Assembly (NCBI RefSeq): GCF_009914755.1
Contig: NC_060925.1
From: the human T2T-CHM13v2.0 reference genome, Homo sapiens
Length of the DNA: 64,000 nucleotides
Direction: 5' to 3' (one strand)
Shown here piece after piece: positions 20,061-33,250 of this stretch. The position numbers and the translations under genes are program-made. Position 1 is the first letter of the stretch. Each line of letters opens with the position of its first letter. The notes under the pieces are model-generated. The model was given only the letters and a program-made list of their open reading frames with translations. It was not told the origin of the DNA and did not search any database.

Positions 20061-20980
20061 CCTGGTGGCAGATGCTATCAGCTGATAGCCTCTCTGAAAA
20101 TCCTGTTGGACATGAAAGTTCACAGTGAGAGAGGGTAGGCAACATCATCTTAGAAGAGAATGGCCAAATTATTCTGTAGGCCATGTATTTTCTCCTTTTG
20201 CTCCATTCTACCTTTCAGATGGAACTATTTTACTCTGTGTAACACTTGAGTGCTTGTTTCCTTCCATTCCTTGAGAACACTGGCCACTTCTTGTCCTTCT
20301 CTGTATCTTGAGCACCTAACACAGTGCTAGGAAGTAGGTGCTTAATAAGTGCTTGTGGAATGCTAAAAGATTATTTAACCTCTTTCCTAGAAACGAAGAC
20401 CCAGATTCATAGGAGCTTAACCTAATGCATGAAAAAGAGAGATCTCAACACATCCAGTGTCAAGTAGGGTACCCCATCCTAGTCAATATATTTTTCATCA
20501 TGACAAATAAGGTGAGAAAATACATGGTTAAATTATATACATTGCTCAAAACAAAATACATAGATCTAAACTGGTGAGCTTTAATTGATTTTTGATAAGT
20601 ATTGAAATAAATATATCAAGAAAGTTAAATGTTGTTTTTTTAAAAAACAGCTTTTTAATAACACAGTGATTAATGGCAAGTGATAGGTAAATATTACTGA
20701 AACAAAGAGATACAAACTAAATCTGACTTTTGATGTGATATGCAACTATATCAATAACGCTATATGCAAATTCATCAAAACTAGAAATTTTCTGGTTCTG
20801 GTTCTGTCCTCATCCCTTCCTCATCCACCATCCCTGCAAAAAAAAAAAAAAGGAAAAAAAAAGACCCAAGAAGTTTCTAAACTTTTAAAATTGTTGTGAA
20901 GAGGGAAGTAAAGACTATGGCTGACAACTATTTAAAATGAGGGAAACTCAATGGAGCACAGAGAACTTTGTTTTAGACAT

Positions 20981-21337
20981 TGTATTAGTTTCACTGCTAT
21001 AAAGAACTACTGGAGACTAGGTATTTTATGAAGAAAAGAGGTTTAATTGACTCACAGTTCCACAGGCTTAACAGGAAGCAGGACCGGGAGGTTCTCAAGA
21101 AACTTACAATCATGGCAGAAAGCAAAGAAGCAAGTACCTTCTTCCCATGATGGTGTAGGGGGAGAGAGGAGAGGGAAGTGTCACACACTTTTAAACCATC
21201 AGATCTTATGAGAACTCACTTACTATCATGAGAGTAGTAAGGGGGAAATCTGCCCCCAAGAGCCAATCACCTCCCACCAGGCCCATCCTCCAATTCGACA
21301 TGAGATTTGGGTGGGGAAACAAATCCAAACCATATCA
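20981..21337 (-). mobile_element. Solo MaLR LTR (MSTA/THE1D-like)
   Basis: TG...CA termini ('tgtattagt'...'aaaccatatca'); 5-bp TSD GACAT/GATGT. Confidence 0.9.
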
Positions 21338-21979
21338 GATGTTCTGACTAAAAGGACCTATTATGTTTTGCATTTAGTCTGTAACTCCGCATCATGTCAT
21401 GAATCACATTGCTGCCAAGAATGTGTAGTGAGCTAAATGCATTGCAGGAGTCAAATTACAAAGGAAAATCTCCATTGTCTTCAGATACTCTCTTGAGGTC
21501 TTAGATAACCTCTTCTCAGCCCTCACATCTCCATTTCAACTAAAGGGGATTGAAGGAGAAGCAGAATGTTTTCTCTGTGCAAGTAATTTTAATCCTTTAT
21601 CAGAACTCAAGACTGTCCCACCGGGGGTTGGAGGCTAAGGGCAAATCACACTGTGTACCTTGTTCCTTCTCCAGTACCTTGTTCCAACTCCACTTGCCCT
21701 TCCCTAGCCCATTTCAGTAAACAGATAAAACTGGATTTAAGTAAGCCTCAAGGAGAATCTTGCAAGAGAAGAATCATAAAGCAGTAAATTGTAGCAATTA
21801 ATTACATGCATTTTTAATGAAACTTAGGTTTTTTTTCTTTTTTTAGCACTATCTTCATTTATTCCCACCACTACTCCTAGAGTTACTAGTATCTTTGGCT
21901 TTCTGAAGACTAGGGTAATTACAAAGCCCCGGTCAGGGCAGTGGTTTTTATTAATGGTAGCCTGAGTAGGATATATTAT

Positions 21980-22215
21980 TAATAGTTAAGAATATAAGCT
22001 TTATAACTGACTGACCCAGGTTTGAATCCTGACCTTTTTACTTTGTGGCCTTGAACAAATTATTTAACCTCTCTAATTCTTAGTTTTTTAAGTCAGTTAA
22101 ATAAGGTAATAATACCTATTTCATAAGATTTGTTTGAGAATATTAAATAAGAACATTGCATAAAGCATGATGCATGCTACATTGTAAATACTCAACATGG
22201 TAGATGTTAATATTA
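21980..22215 (+). mobile_element. MIR
   Basis: 'ggtttgaatcctgac..gccttgaacaaattatttaacctctct..aataatacct'. Confidence 0.75.
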
Positions 22216-22769
22216 CTATTATTATGATATTTTATTCATTCAATAAAGGTTGTTGATAAATTATGAATCCAGAAATTGTGCTGACTGGACTCACTTTAAA
22301 TTTGTAACTACAAATCTCAAATGACTCAAAATAGTCCCAGATTATTCTATCTCATTGCCCTGGTAACTTCATTTTCCTCCTTTCCAAGAGAGCTATTTCA
22401 CAATGTTCTCTTCTCTCAAATCCCCATACCTCCCACATACACACACACTCACACTCAACTGATACTCATACTCAGACTTTCGTCATAGACAATAAATGTC
22501 AACATGCAAAATGCCCTCTTTCTCATCACAAAATCCACTTGCCTTCCTACATCCTTGTTTATGAACTTTGTCTTCCCTCCTTTTTCAGGAAAACAGAGTT
22601 CCTGCCCCTTTGGCCACCCTCCCCTGCACCTGGAACATATCCTCTCGGGCCTTCCCAGGCACCGCACTTCTGTACTCATGTACGGGCTTCTTCTGTTCAC
22701 TAGAACTTCAATTCTGGAGTGTCCCAGGCTCTGCCCAGCCCTCTCTCCTTCTCTATTTATGCTATCCCC

Positions 22770-23830
22770 CTAAATGATTCGACCAACTCTGAGGGCTCTT
22801 AATATCATCTATGCTTTAATGATTGATCTCCAGTCTTCCTCATTTCAGTAAATATTACCAACATCTACCCCATGTCTTCAGCGAAAAACCCAGGAGCCCA
22901 CATCTAATCTGTTCAACAAGTCTTGTATGTCTTACTGGCTAACTCCAAACATACCTTAAGTCTAACTACTTCTGACAAACTTCATTACTACCACCATGGT
23001 CCCAACTACCATTATTTCTCTCTAGATCAGGGTTTCTCAGTCTTGGCATTATTGACATTTTGACCAAGTGATTCTTTGTTCTGAGGGCTGTCCTGTGCAC
23101 TGTAGGCTGTTCAGCAGCAGCCCTTCTCTCTACCCACCAGATGCTAGTCACATTCCCACTACACAGTTATGAACACCAAAAATCTCTCCAGACGTGGCCA
23201 AATGTCCCTTATGGGGCTTGGGGGGGTCGAAATCACTCCCAGTTGAGAACCACTTCTCTGAATTAGTGCCAGCAATCTCTTAATTTGTCCCCCTGTCCCA
23301 CTCTTGCCCTTCTAAAATCTACATCCTATACAGCATCCAGAGTGATCTTATTAAGCATATGAATCGTCATATCCCACCCCCGGTGAAAACATTTCAGAGG
23401 CTTCCTTTGTACTTAGTCCACAGCTCAAGATTCTGGCATTATTTCCTTCTACTCTCACCTTCAGTTACTGCTCTGCAGTCCTCTGGCATTCTTGTCATCC
23501 CCCAAACTTGCCAAGTTTATTCCCATATTGGGGCCTTTGCCCCTGATGTTCTCTCTGCCTGAAATTCTCTTCCCACAGAGCATGCCTTAACAACTCATCA
23601 TTCAAACCACACCTCACATCCTCCTCCAGCTTTTCCTGAACCACCAGTGAAAGAAGTCTCCTATAGCTACTCTCCATCACATTACTCTATTTTCTTTATC
23701 GGGGCCAGAGATTATATCACGTATTTTCACCAACTTATTGTCCTCCTGTGAAAATATTTACTCCATGAGAGGAGGGGCTTTATTTGGACTTGTTTGCCTT
23801 TTGCCACTTTAACATTAATTTCCTGAAAAG
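22770..23830 (+). mobile_element. L2 fragment interrupted by MER20
   Basis: L2 3'-region motifs 'cagcatccagagtgatctt', 'gggcctttgcccctgatgttctctctgcctgaaat', 'ctccatgagaggagggg'. Confidence 0.6.
23028..23256 (+). mobile_element. MER20 hAT-Charlie MITE
   Basis: TIRs cagggtttctca ... ttgagaaccac; 'ctccagac.tggccaaatgtccc'. Confidence 0.85.
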
Positions 23831-24152
23831 TGCCTGACCAAAACAAGGATCTGGAAAATATGAACCAATATATTTTTGTCTGATTAATTAGCTGATTAAA
23901 CACCTATGTGATTCAGCTTTGGGGTTTGGGGGCTGTGGCTAGAAAAATAAATAATAAGACACGGCTCCTGCCCTCAAGGAGTTAGATCCAATGGAGGTTT
24001 TGGAGAAGTAAAAAGGAAATTACAATATAGAATACGAAGTGCTACAATAGAGGGAAGCTTAACTCAGATCTAGGGCTTCAGAGACTTCCTAGGGAGGGTG
24101 ACATGAGCAAATGCATCCAGAGGGGTGAGTGAGAGTTAGCTGGGTTAGTGGG

Positions 24153-24586
24153 TGCTAGAGTCTGAATTGTGTCCCCTCCCAAGTTCATATGTTGAAGCTC
24201 TAACTCCCAGTACCTCAGAATATTACTGTATTTGGAGATGGGGCCTTTAAAGAGGTAATTAACTTAAAATGAGGCTGTTAGGTTGAGCTCTAATCTAATC
24301 TGACTGATGTCTTTATTATAAGAAGAAGAAATGTGGATACTCAGAGAGACATCAGGGTTGTACACACAAAGGGAAGACCATGTAAGGCACAACAAGAAGG
24401 CAGCCATCTATAAGCCAAGGGGAGAGGACTGGAACGGATCTTCCCTCATAGCTCTCAGAAGAAACTGCCCCTGCTGACGCCTTGATCTTAGACTTCCAGC
24501 CTCCAGAACTGTGAGAAAATAAATGTCTGTTGTTTAAGCCACCCAGTCTGTGGTCCTTTTTAGGGTAGCCCTTGCAAATGAATACA
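24153..24586 (+). mobile_element. Solo MLT1B-like MaLR LTR
   Basis: 'tgaattgtgtcccc..ttcatatgttgaag' ... 'ccagaactgtgagaaaataaatgt..tttaagccacccag'; TSD GTGGG/GCGGG. Confidence 0.88.
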
Positions 24587-24879
24587 GCGGGGTGGGAAAC
24601 TGAGGTGTGTGGGTGGGGTGGGAAGCACCTGGGTGTGGAGCACAAGCTGTATGGTTGTTAGAGGGGAGGCTGGAGAGGTTGGGAGGTCTGAGCTCATTAG
24701 GCCTGACCAAATAAAGGCCAGGATAGGAGTGTGAGCACTATGGTGAAGATTCTCAAGAACACTGAAAAATCACAAGCAGCACAGTAAGGTGATCAGACTT
24801 GCCTCCGAGAAGAATTTTAGTGGTAGCGTGATGAGTAGAGTGTAGGTGAGGAACACCAGAGATCCTGAGAGCAACAAGG

Positions 24880-25830
24880 AAGCATGTAGCTTTGCAGTCC
24901 AACAGACTGAGGTTCCCATCCAGGCTCTGCCATTTAGAATCCCTATGACTTTGGACAAGTTCTTACCCCTCTTTGGCTTCTGTTTCCTCATTTGTAATTA
25001 TAGGTATGATTCTTACCTCAGGGGATAATATGAGAATTAAATAAGACAGCATGTGTAAAATACTTGGCATAATACTTGACAAATTAGAAACAACGATTGC
25101 CGGTAGCTATTAGAATATCCAAGGCAGTAATAGTAGAGCTGGGAAAAAGGGACAAGCTTGAGCTATCTTAAAGATGAATAATCTTTAAAACTTGGCCATT
25201 GATTTTATGTTTGGTGGTGTGAGAGAAGATGAAGTAAAAAATAACATCTAGACTTTTGAGTCGGGCAGGTTTTGGATTGTAATGTCATTCACCAAAGTAG
25301 GAAATGAAAACAAAGAACCAGGGAGGGGAAGAGGATGAGTTTAATTTTGGATACGTTGAGTTTGAGGGATCCTTGGTACATATCAGAAGAGTATCTCATA
25401 GAGAGTTGAATATAGAGATCTAGATTCAGGAAAGAGGCTTGGGCTAGAGACATAGACTAGATTGATAAAGCATTTCATTGAAAGTGTGCAGAGTGAGAAG
25501 AGAAGCAAAATAGAGGTAGAACTCCAGGGACATATCCACCATCAGAAGAAGAGAAGACAGGATAGGAGGCTAAAAAGGAGCCTACAAAGAGAAAGGAGAA
25601 AAAGAAAAAGTGAAGTCAAAGGGAGGAAAGACATTTGAAAAGAGAGTAGTTAACAGTGAAAAAGCCAAAGAGAAATCAAATAAGGTAAGAACCAAGCCAT
25701 ACCCACCAGACTGTGTAATGCCTAGATATCAGGCAAGACTTGGAAAAGGATGATTTTAGGGAGTGATAGGGATATAATCCCTATTGTAATGAGGTAAAGA
25801 AAAAATGAGAGGTGGGGAAGTGAATATTGT
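24880..25830. mobile_element. MIR (~24880-25110, +) followed by L2 (~25110-25830, -)
   Basis: MIR 'gactttggacaagttctt..ctgtttcctcatttgtaa'; L2 'gatgagtttaattttggatacgttgagtttgag', 'gggctagagacataga'. Confidence 0.65.
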
Positions 25831-25837
25831 GAGCTTT

Positions 25838-25986
25838 ATTGTTCCATTTTTATTTTATTTTATTATTTTAGAGATAAGGTCTTACTATGTTTCCCAGGCT
25901 GGTCTTGAACTCCTGGGCTCAAGTGATCCTCCTGCCTCAGCCTCCCAAAGTGCTGGGATTGTAGGCATGAGCCACCACACCTGGCC
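25838..25986 (-). mobile_element. Alu left monomer (FLAM)
   Basis: Single left arm flanked by TSD AATATTGTGAG(C/T)TT at 25823-25836 and 25987-26000. Confidence 0.88.
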
Positions 25987-26006
25987 AATATTGTGAGTTT
26001 GAGAAT

Positions 26007-26013
26007 GAGAGAC

Positions 26014-26068
<55 letters not shown>
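26007..26068. repeat. (GA)n microsatellite
   Basis: Long near-perfect GA dinucleotide run. Confidence 0.95.
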
Positions 26069-26071
<3 letters not shown>

Positions 26072-26154
26072 ACTCTGTCTGTAGAAGAAAAATCCTTTTG
26101 TTCCCTCACCCTTCATAACTCCTTGTTTCCCACCATCCTAACCTGTATTCAGCC

Positions 26155-26604
26155 CAGGGGTTCTTAACCCTTAACCTTGGGTTCATAGATCCACCTCAAG
26201 TGGTTCACAAATAGAATTTAAGGGATCTATGTAATTTCAGAAAAAAATTACAACTTCAATTTCACTCAACTGAAATCTAGCATTTTCACCAATTGTGAAT
26301 TTAGGCAAAAACTACAGAAGATCAGCAGTACCTGTGACTGTCAAAAATATTTTTTCATATCATGTTACAGTTGTCGCAGATTTCTCAAAATATCATTTAC
26401 ACTCTTCACTTTTATGAAATTATAAGTTATTTTAAGTCTGCTGCTAGATCTTATAAATAGTTTTAAATATTTTGATAACTATATTTAAATTCAATTAGTT
26501 TTCTTTGTAATCGTATGTGTTTTATGTTTTTAAAAACATTATTTGGAGAAAGGGTTGATAGGCATCCTCAAATGTCTTTGGCACAAAAAGGTTAAGACTT
26601 CCTG
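26155..26604 (+). mobile_element. Charlie4a-like hAT DNA transposon
   Basis: TIRs CAGGGGTTCTTAACC / GGTTAAGACTTCCTG; internal 'agcagtacctgtgact', 'gctagatctt', 'ttttgataactatattt'. Confidence 0.8.
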
Positions 26605-27894
26605 CTAGTTCATTCCGTAAGCTATGTATCTGCCCTATTATCTCAAATTTTTGGATTCTATATGCTGCTGCCCTTACTCTTCTATCTATAAGTCACAGTT
26701 ATCCCATATGCTTTTCCAGGGAAAATAGGCATGTGTCTCTATGTGTTTTTCAATTGATCTCACCATCCCTTAGTCCTTTTACTTTTCACCTGGTCATAGA
26801 AACACCATCTGTTTTGAGACGGTAAAATTGTTTCAAATATTCATTTACATTTTTGTTCACCATCAACCAACATTTATTGAGCACAAGATGCTATGCTGCA
26901 TGCTTGGGTACACAGCACTGGTATAACCTATGAATTTATGGTTTGAAGAGTAGTCAAAAGAGATGAGAAGTAGATTTATACATAAATAGTTATAAGACAG
27001 TGTGGAAGTTGCTTTACTTAGGATAACAAAGTTTTGTGGTATCAGAGTTGCCAGGGGAAGGCTTCAGGCAGGGAGTGACACAGAATGACGAGAATGTTGT
27101 TAAAGGACTGAGTGTGCCAAGACTGGGTAAGTAATGTTCATAAAGCCATTGCTTTGTTTCCTAAAAATCTTTGAAACATTAAACATCACGGAGTAAAAGA
27201 TGTTTTTTTCATCTTGATATATAGATTTAATTAGCATACCTGATGAGGACTGAGAAAAAAATGGAGGACTAGGTTGAATTTTTAGGATATCTTCCTTCCT
27301 GTAAGCATTTACCGAGAGAAACAATGTTCATAATCGCTACAAATGAAAATATTAAGCCAACATTCATTTAAAAAAGCATTTGGATATGAGAATTATCAGG
27401 TTTCATAAATGAGTGAATGACACCTGCTGGCCACATAGAATAATTACCCTCTCTGAAGGAATGGTGAGTGCTAATAGTGAATACTGTGAACCCCATTTCT
27501 CTACCAAAGCAATTACATGTCATACTTGGGCTTTTCTTTAATGATCAGCAAGGGGGAGAATTTTTGGAACAGTGAACCTTATACTTTTTGGGGTTTGTTT
27601 TTCTAGCTTGAAGAGTTCAAGAAGTTTAAAGAATTTAAATGTTTACTGCAATTTATTTAATAGTAAGTTAACTGAGACTTGGAGAGAAGTAATGCCTCAC
27701 TCAAGATCACACAAGCAGGTTGGCAAGCTAATACCAGAGCCCTGGTTTCTGTTCTCCTACATTCCCAGACTAGGCAAAGATTCGGGTTGTTTGTTAACTT
27801 TTCTTCTATCTCTTATTGTTTGGCTCAACTCTTCAGAAATTTTATTAATGGTGACGTCACTAATACTTTCTATATGTCTAATGTCTTTCACTTT

Positions 27895-28520
27895 TTAAAA
27901 AAGTCTGATTTGTTGAAGTAAGATTTACATAAAGTAAAATTCACCAATTTTAAGTGTACAATTCTATGAGTTTTGATAAATGTATATAGTCTTATCACCA
28001 TTCACCACAATCAGATCTAGAATATATCTATCATCCCTGGAGATTTCCTCATGCCCTTTCATACCCAACCCCCCACTTCTACCTCCAGGCCCTGGCAATC
28101 ACCGATCTGTTTTCTGTCCCTAGAGTATCGCCTTTTCCAGAATGTCATATACATGGAAGCATATGGTATATGGCTTTCTGTGTCTGTCTGCCTTCACTTG
28201 GCTTAATGCTTTGGAGGTTCAGCTATGCTGTTGCATGTAAAGGTAGTTTGTTTCTTTTTATTGCTGAGCAGCATGCTACTGTATGGATAAACCACAATAT
28301 GTTTATCCTCTAACTAGCTGATGGAAATTTGGGTTGTTTTCAAATTTTGATGATTATGAACAAAGTTTTGATAAATATTTGAGTATAGGTCTTTGTGTGG
28401 ACATATATTTAATACGTCTTAGGTAAATACCTAGGCATGGGATTGCTACTATATGGTGAGGGCATGTTTTACTTTATAAGAAATTATGGCTTTTGCTTTT
28501 CAAAAGTAATTGTACACATA
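27895..28520 (-). mobile_element. L1M (L1ME/MD-type) 3' end
   Basis: 'aaattcaccaattttaagtgtacaattc..gccttttccagaatgtcatat..tttttattgctgag'. Confidence 0.8.
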
Positions 28521-30597
28521 CTCCTTCATTTATTCTTAGTCTACTTCTCGTTGTGTGCCATATCATTGTTGTAGAAATATTTTGTATAAAATATAGTTTT
28601 AGCATTAAGTGTGATAAATGATGAGAGGCCTTTTCAATAAAAGGTCATAAAATAGCATTTTTAAAGGAATGGAATATTGCATAAAGGGAAGAGTACAGCC
28701 TTGGAACTATCTGAAGTTTGTCATTTTGGCTGCTGTGTAACTTTTATTAGAAAAATTACCTAACCTCTTTGAATGTTAGTTACTTTATCCTCAAGGTGTG
28801 GGTGACACAGGCCTCTACATGGCAGGGTTGTTACAAAGATTATATGGGATAATATAAGCTGAATGTTCAGCACATAATAGGTGCTGCTGTTATTGTCATT
28901 ACAGTTACAATTTTTGCTGAATGCAAAAGGCTGCATTGTAGAAAACAAATGGTATCACATTACTAATGTTTAGTGTTCATTGGGAATTAATGGGTTCTTC
29001 CAAGGCTTTGTATACATCACCCAGAGACAATTAAGTTACATTTGACTCAAGTGTCTATGATATGTGAGTTTTTAAAATAACGTGCTAGTCTAACACTTCG
29101 CCACAGATTAGCATTTTGTATTTAATTAAGGTCATGTCTTCTATATGTCACTGAGAAATGCTATTGTCACAGAAATTATGATAACAAGGTGTCATAACTT
29201 ATGTAATATGATTTACCTAGGCAAGGACCCATTTAATTTAACTTTTGAAGGATTGATATTTTCTATAGCTCTACTTAGATATTCTTAATCAAAAACATTG
29301 ACAGTAGGTTTTTGACTTTGCTATTTTAAGACTACTTCACTTAGTTTACTGGCAGGTATTTAAACTACTAAAAATGTTAGTTAATTAGGTTGCACTGACA
29401 TCTGCTGGTCAGACAGTAAATTCCATAAAAATCATGTTTCACCAGTGTAAATGAAATCAAATAATTTAATTGTTTTTACAATTCGTATTTGCATTCTGGG
29501 TTTAAAAAATTAGCTGCTGTATATGATCATTTCTGATTCATAGCTCAATTTGAGTCAAGTGGTTTGTTAGCCTGCTGTAACTGTCTTCGAGTTCTTCATA
29601 ATGGCCAGTGGTATCCATTAAATAGCTTTGTTAAGAAGTAAAATATCTGTGAAATCACAACCTCTTCCAGTCGGTGTTTACCACTGCGTGATGACATCAT
29701 CATCACGTATTTTGGCCCTAAAACGCAGCAAACAACTAGTGATGTTTATTAAGTTAGAATTCACTTGGAGACAGTGTTTCTGGGGAGATAGGATTAGGAT
29801 GTAGGGGAGGTTCCAACAGAGCTAAACTCTACGGGATAATTTTTTCTTGCTGGGAAGTATAATATAGCTACTTTAAAACCTATTAATTCAATACTCACGT
29901 TTAGGGTTATGGAATTTTGAAACGGGAAATAAATTTCCTGACCATTTAGTTTGTCATTCTCTTTTGTATATGTGGAAATTGAGACCCAGATAAATTTAAT
30001 TAACTTAGTCACCTAGCTGATACTAGAAAGAAAGTTCCCTGATTCTCCCATCGCAAGATTCTTTTCTATATAAATTGTCTTCACTAGCTGTATATTATTT
30101 ATTGTTTAAACCAAAAATATTTGGACACACATACTCACACATAAGTATGCTTACCTGAGAATTTATATTTAGCTTATTTTAACTCAACCATGCCGACTTT
30201 CTCTGAGACATTATTAAAACACACAGCATATTATATAATATTTCTCTGTGGTGCTTCAGAAATATATATATTCATTCATATGTTCCCTCCCAGAAAATCA
30301 AGCTCCATTCTCTATTTCTTCAATATGTGAAAATAGAAAGAGGTATGTGGATGAGAAAAAGAAAATGAATCAAAAATAAACCTTAACCAGGGAAATTTCT
30401 GGCTCTTTGATGAGGTTGAGGGTCATAGCATCATGCATCAGATGTTTTATCAGAAATACAAGCACATTTTCCCTTAATGTTCTGTTCCAATAGGCATTGT
30501 TATACAGGATAAAACTTTAAAAATGCAACTTTCATTGTGATAAGTAGTGTGATATGATACAAGACTGATGAAATATTCCATAATATAATGCCAAATA

Positions 30598-30812
30598 TAT
30601 TTTTTCTCAACTTTAGCACTACTGACATTTTGGGACACTTAGTTCTTTGTGGTGAGGGCCTGTCTTGTGCATTGTGGGATGCTTAGCAGCATCTCTGGCC
30701 TCGACTCACTAGACGCCAGTAGCAAGCCCTCCATTGTAACAACCAAAAATGTCTCCAGACATTGCCAGATGTCCCCTCGGGGGCAAAATCAGTCCAGGTT
30801 AGGACCTACGGC
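30598..30812 (+). mobile_element. MER20
   Basis: 'tttctcaactttagcactactgacattttggg..aaccaaaaatgtctccagacattgccagatgtcccc'. Confidence 0.85.
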
Positions 30813-31969
30813 TATAAAGTAAGACTGATTGCTTCAGATATATATATTTTTAAACTACTGAAAATATTCCAATCAAGAATTTGATTCTTTTTCCTTTTAG
30901 ATAAAAGAAATATTGACATATGAAAAAGAAAAGAGACTTGAGGCCTCTCTAGATTAAATAAATACTTCATTTACATATTCCTTCTGAGCTAGAGCTAAAG
31001 TGGGCCCCTTAAATTGCTTTCAGTACTTGCATACTTACTCTCGCTTCTTTTTATACTCTAAGGTATAATTCTGACACAGTTACTACTTCACAACCAAGCT
31101 TTCTTTTTAACTGTTGGCCAAGCTGCTGTTTATCAGTGATGGCTTTTACAATATTCTTTAATTTTCCTGCTATTGCAAAGTTCTCTTTACACGTTATGGC
31201 CTGTGAATCTTGGGGCAGGTATTTTCATCCCTATTCTTCAGATGAAATTAAGTCAACCCAGGACTCAGTGCATGTTTCTAGGGTACCAAATGGTCTTTTT
31301 TTCATCTATGGTAGCTATATATTTGAGTTGTATATTAAGAAGGCTTTCAAGGAGTGGAGGAAAGAAGAATGAGGGAGGGGAAGAAGGAGGGAAGGGAGAA
31401 AGTGAACAAAGTTGAAAGCAACTTAGTGGAACAATAAACGATAAAAGCTGGCATGGGATAGAGGATGATATAATCTCACCATTTAAGTCATTGTGGCAAC
31501 CTTTGAGATTCAGTACCTTCATACTCATCCTCCATCACAGCAATATCCTCCACTCCCTCTCCCACATTCCACTCCCTGTCCCTCCTACCCCCTCAAGTGC
31601 ATGTATTCTAGCACACACAGATATCCCTTCCTGGCCTCAGGTTCAAAGCCTTAGGTCTTCCCAGAGGAAACAAATGTGGCCATTTCTGTTGCTTCCAAAC
31701 GGTTTATTGCTGGTACCAGGAAATTTTCATTGTTTATACTCTAAACCTTGGAGTAAAGTTTTTAGAAGCTGTCAAATGCTTCCTGAAGCTTATATTGCCC
31801 TCCAGTTTTTTTGATAGTTGATTGCCTGCCTTTTCAGTCTTCTCAACACAGAGTTCTATGAATGAGCAGCCTTTCAAATCCAGCACTATTTGAGTATTTT
31901 ATATGTAGAAAAAATATATGAAAGAACCTGTTAAATAATACTCAATTTTGGGAAACTGACAGGAAACAG

Positions 31970-32420
31970 GTGCTCTCAGATGTGGTATGAATAGGCTAGC
32001 CATGTCAACACCTCTGGAAGCATTTAGCAGTATGTAGCAAAACCCTAAAAGCACACACACTACTAGATAGACCCAGGTATTGAACTTTGTTGGACTTGAT
32101 TTTAAAGAAATAATTATAGATATGCTCAAAGATATCTTTTCAAGGCAAAGATACTTATCCAAATGTTTTTATAATGGTAAAAAAGTATAAAATAAAATGG
32201 TAGTATGATTGAGTGCATAAATTATGGTTTATTCATATAATAAAATACCAGATAAATCATGCTAGTAAAATATATGCCTAGAAAAGTCTGCAGGAACACA
32301 TACAAAAATGCCATTGTTAATTGGGGTAGTGGGCTTTTAATTACTTCTTTATACTTTTCTGAATATGCCAAAATTGCCGGAATGAATATATACTGCTTTA
32401 ATCATAAGAAAAATAGTATT
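31970..32420 (+). mobile_element. Old L1ME-type 3' fragment
   Basis: Degenerate L1 3' motifs 'aaacaggtgctctca', 'aaattatggtttattcatataataaaatac'. Confidence 0.55.
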
Positions 32421-32421
32421 T

Positions 32422-32456
32422 GACAGAGCGAGACTCCGTCTCAAAAAAAAAGAAAG
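32422..32456 (+). mobile_element. Extremely 5'-truncated Alu (21 nt + A-tail)
   Basis: GACAGAGCGAGACTCCGTCTC + A-rich tail, between TSDs GAAAAATAGTATTTGA (32408-32423) and GAAAAACAGTATTTGA (32457-32472). Confidence 0.88.
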
Positions 32457-33244
32457 GAAAAACAGTATTTGAAATAAATAATGAATAGGAGATGAAACTG
32501 CCATGGTTCCTTACCCATAGTTAAATGCAAATAATTTCCTGAATGTCTCACCTGGTGGATGCAGGGGCTTCCTAACACCTAGGTGGTGAGTGGAAGGATT
32601 AATTCTGTCCTTATTATCAATAACACTGTCATCCCAACAGCTTTCATTTACTGAACATCTAAAATGGGCAAGGCACTGTGCTGTATTTATGCAAGTTATC
32701 TCTTTTATTCCTTAAAACAAACTCCAGGCAGATATTATCCTTATTTTGCAGATAAGGAAACTGAGTAAAGAGAAAATGAGGTCTAGCAAGGATTTGAGCC
32801 CAAGTATTCTAATGGCAAAGTGTGCACAATTGACCCGCTACGTTGCATTGCTTCTCTTACAAAGTTTTAAGCCTGAGCATCTCTTCTCCAGATCATTTGA
32901 GGCAAGAATAAGAGGCGTTCAGGGAAAGACAGCTTTAATAGGAGTCTATCTACAATGCAAGAGTCTTTGTAATGTAGACTGAACTGCACTTTGGTTTCAT
33001 ATTATTTGCTCTATAATATCTGAAACCATGATATGATTAACTTATGTGATGCTTAAGACAAGTTTAAAGACACAAGATGGGAAATAAAATTTGGGAATAT
33101 TTTTTCATGGGTAATGTGGCTAATGTCTCTACCTTATTCTCAGCAACATATTAGAGTATCATATCTAGAAATGTGTAAGAACACCAATCACAAAAACATG
33201 AGTCTGCTTAGTTAACACAGAACACATGGATGGCAAAAGTTTCT

Positions 33245-33250
33245 TTTATT
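33245..33250 (-). terminator. EXTL2: EXTL2 polyadenylation signal AATAAA (cleavage ~33225)
   Basis: TTTATT on + strand, followed on - strand by a GU/U-rich element (TGTGTTCTGTGTT..TGTTTTTGTG). Gives a ~1.55 kb 3'UTR. Confidence 0.8.

Noticed and set aside
24291-24301. DUX4-like sites in MLT1B (TAATCTAATCT) and THE1 (TGATCTAATCA, ~50169)
   Set aside because: Each has a mismatch to TAAYYYAATCA and is weaker than the MLT2A2 site, so neither is called separately.
29688-29800. C/D box snoRNA (GTGATGA box C on both strands)
   Set aside because: No box D (CTGA) with terminal stem at a suitable distance on either strand, and no host intron.
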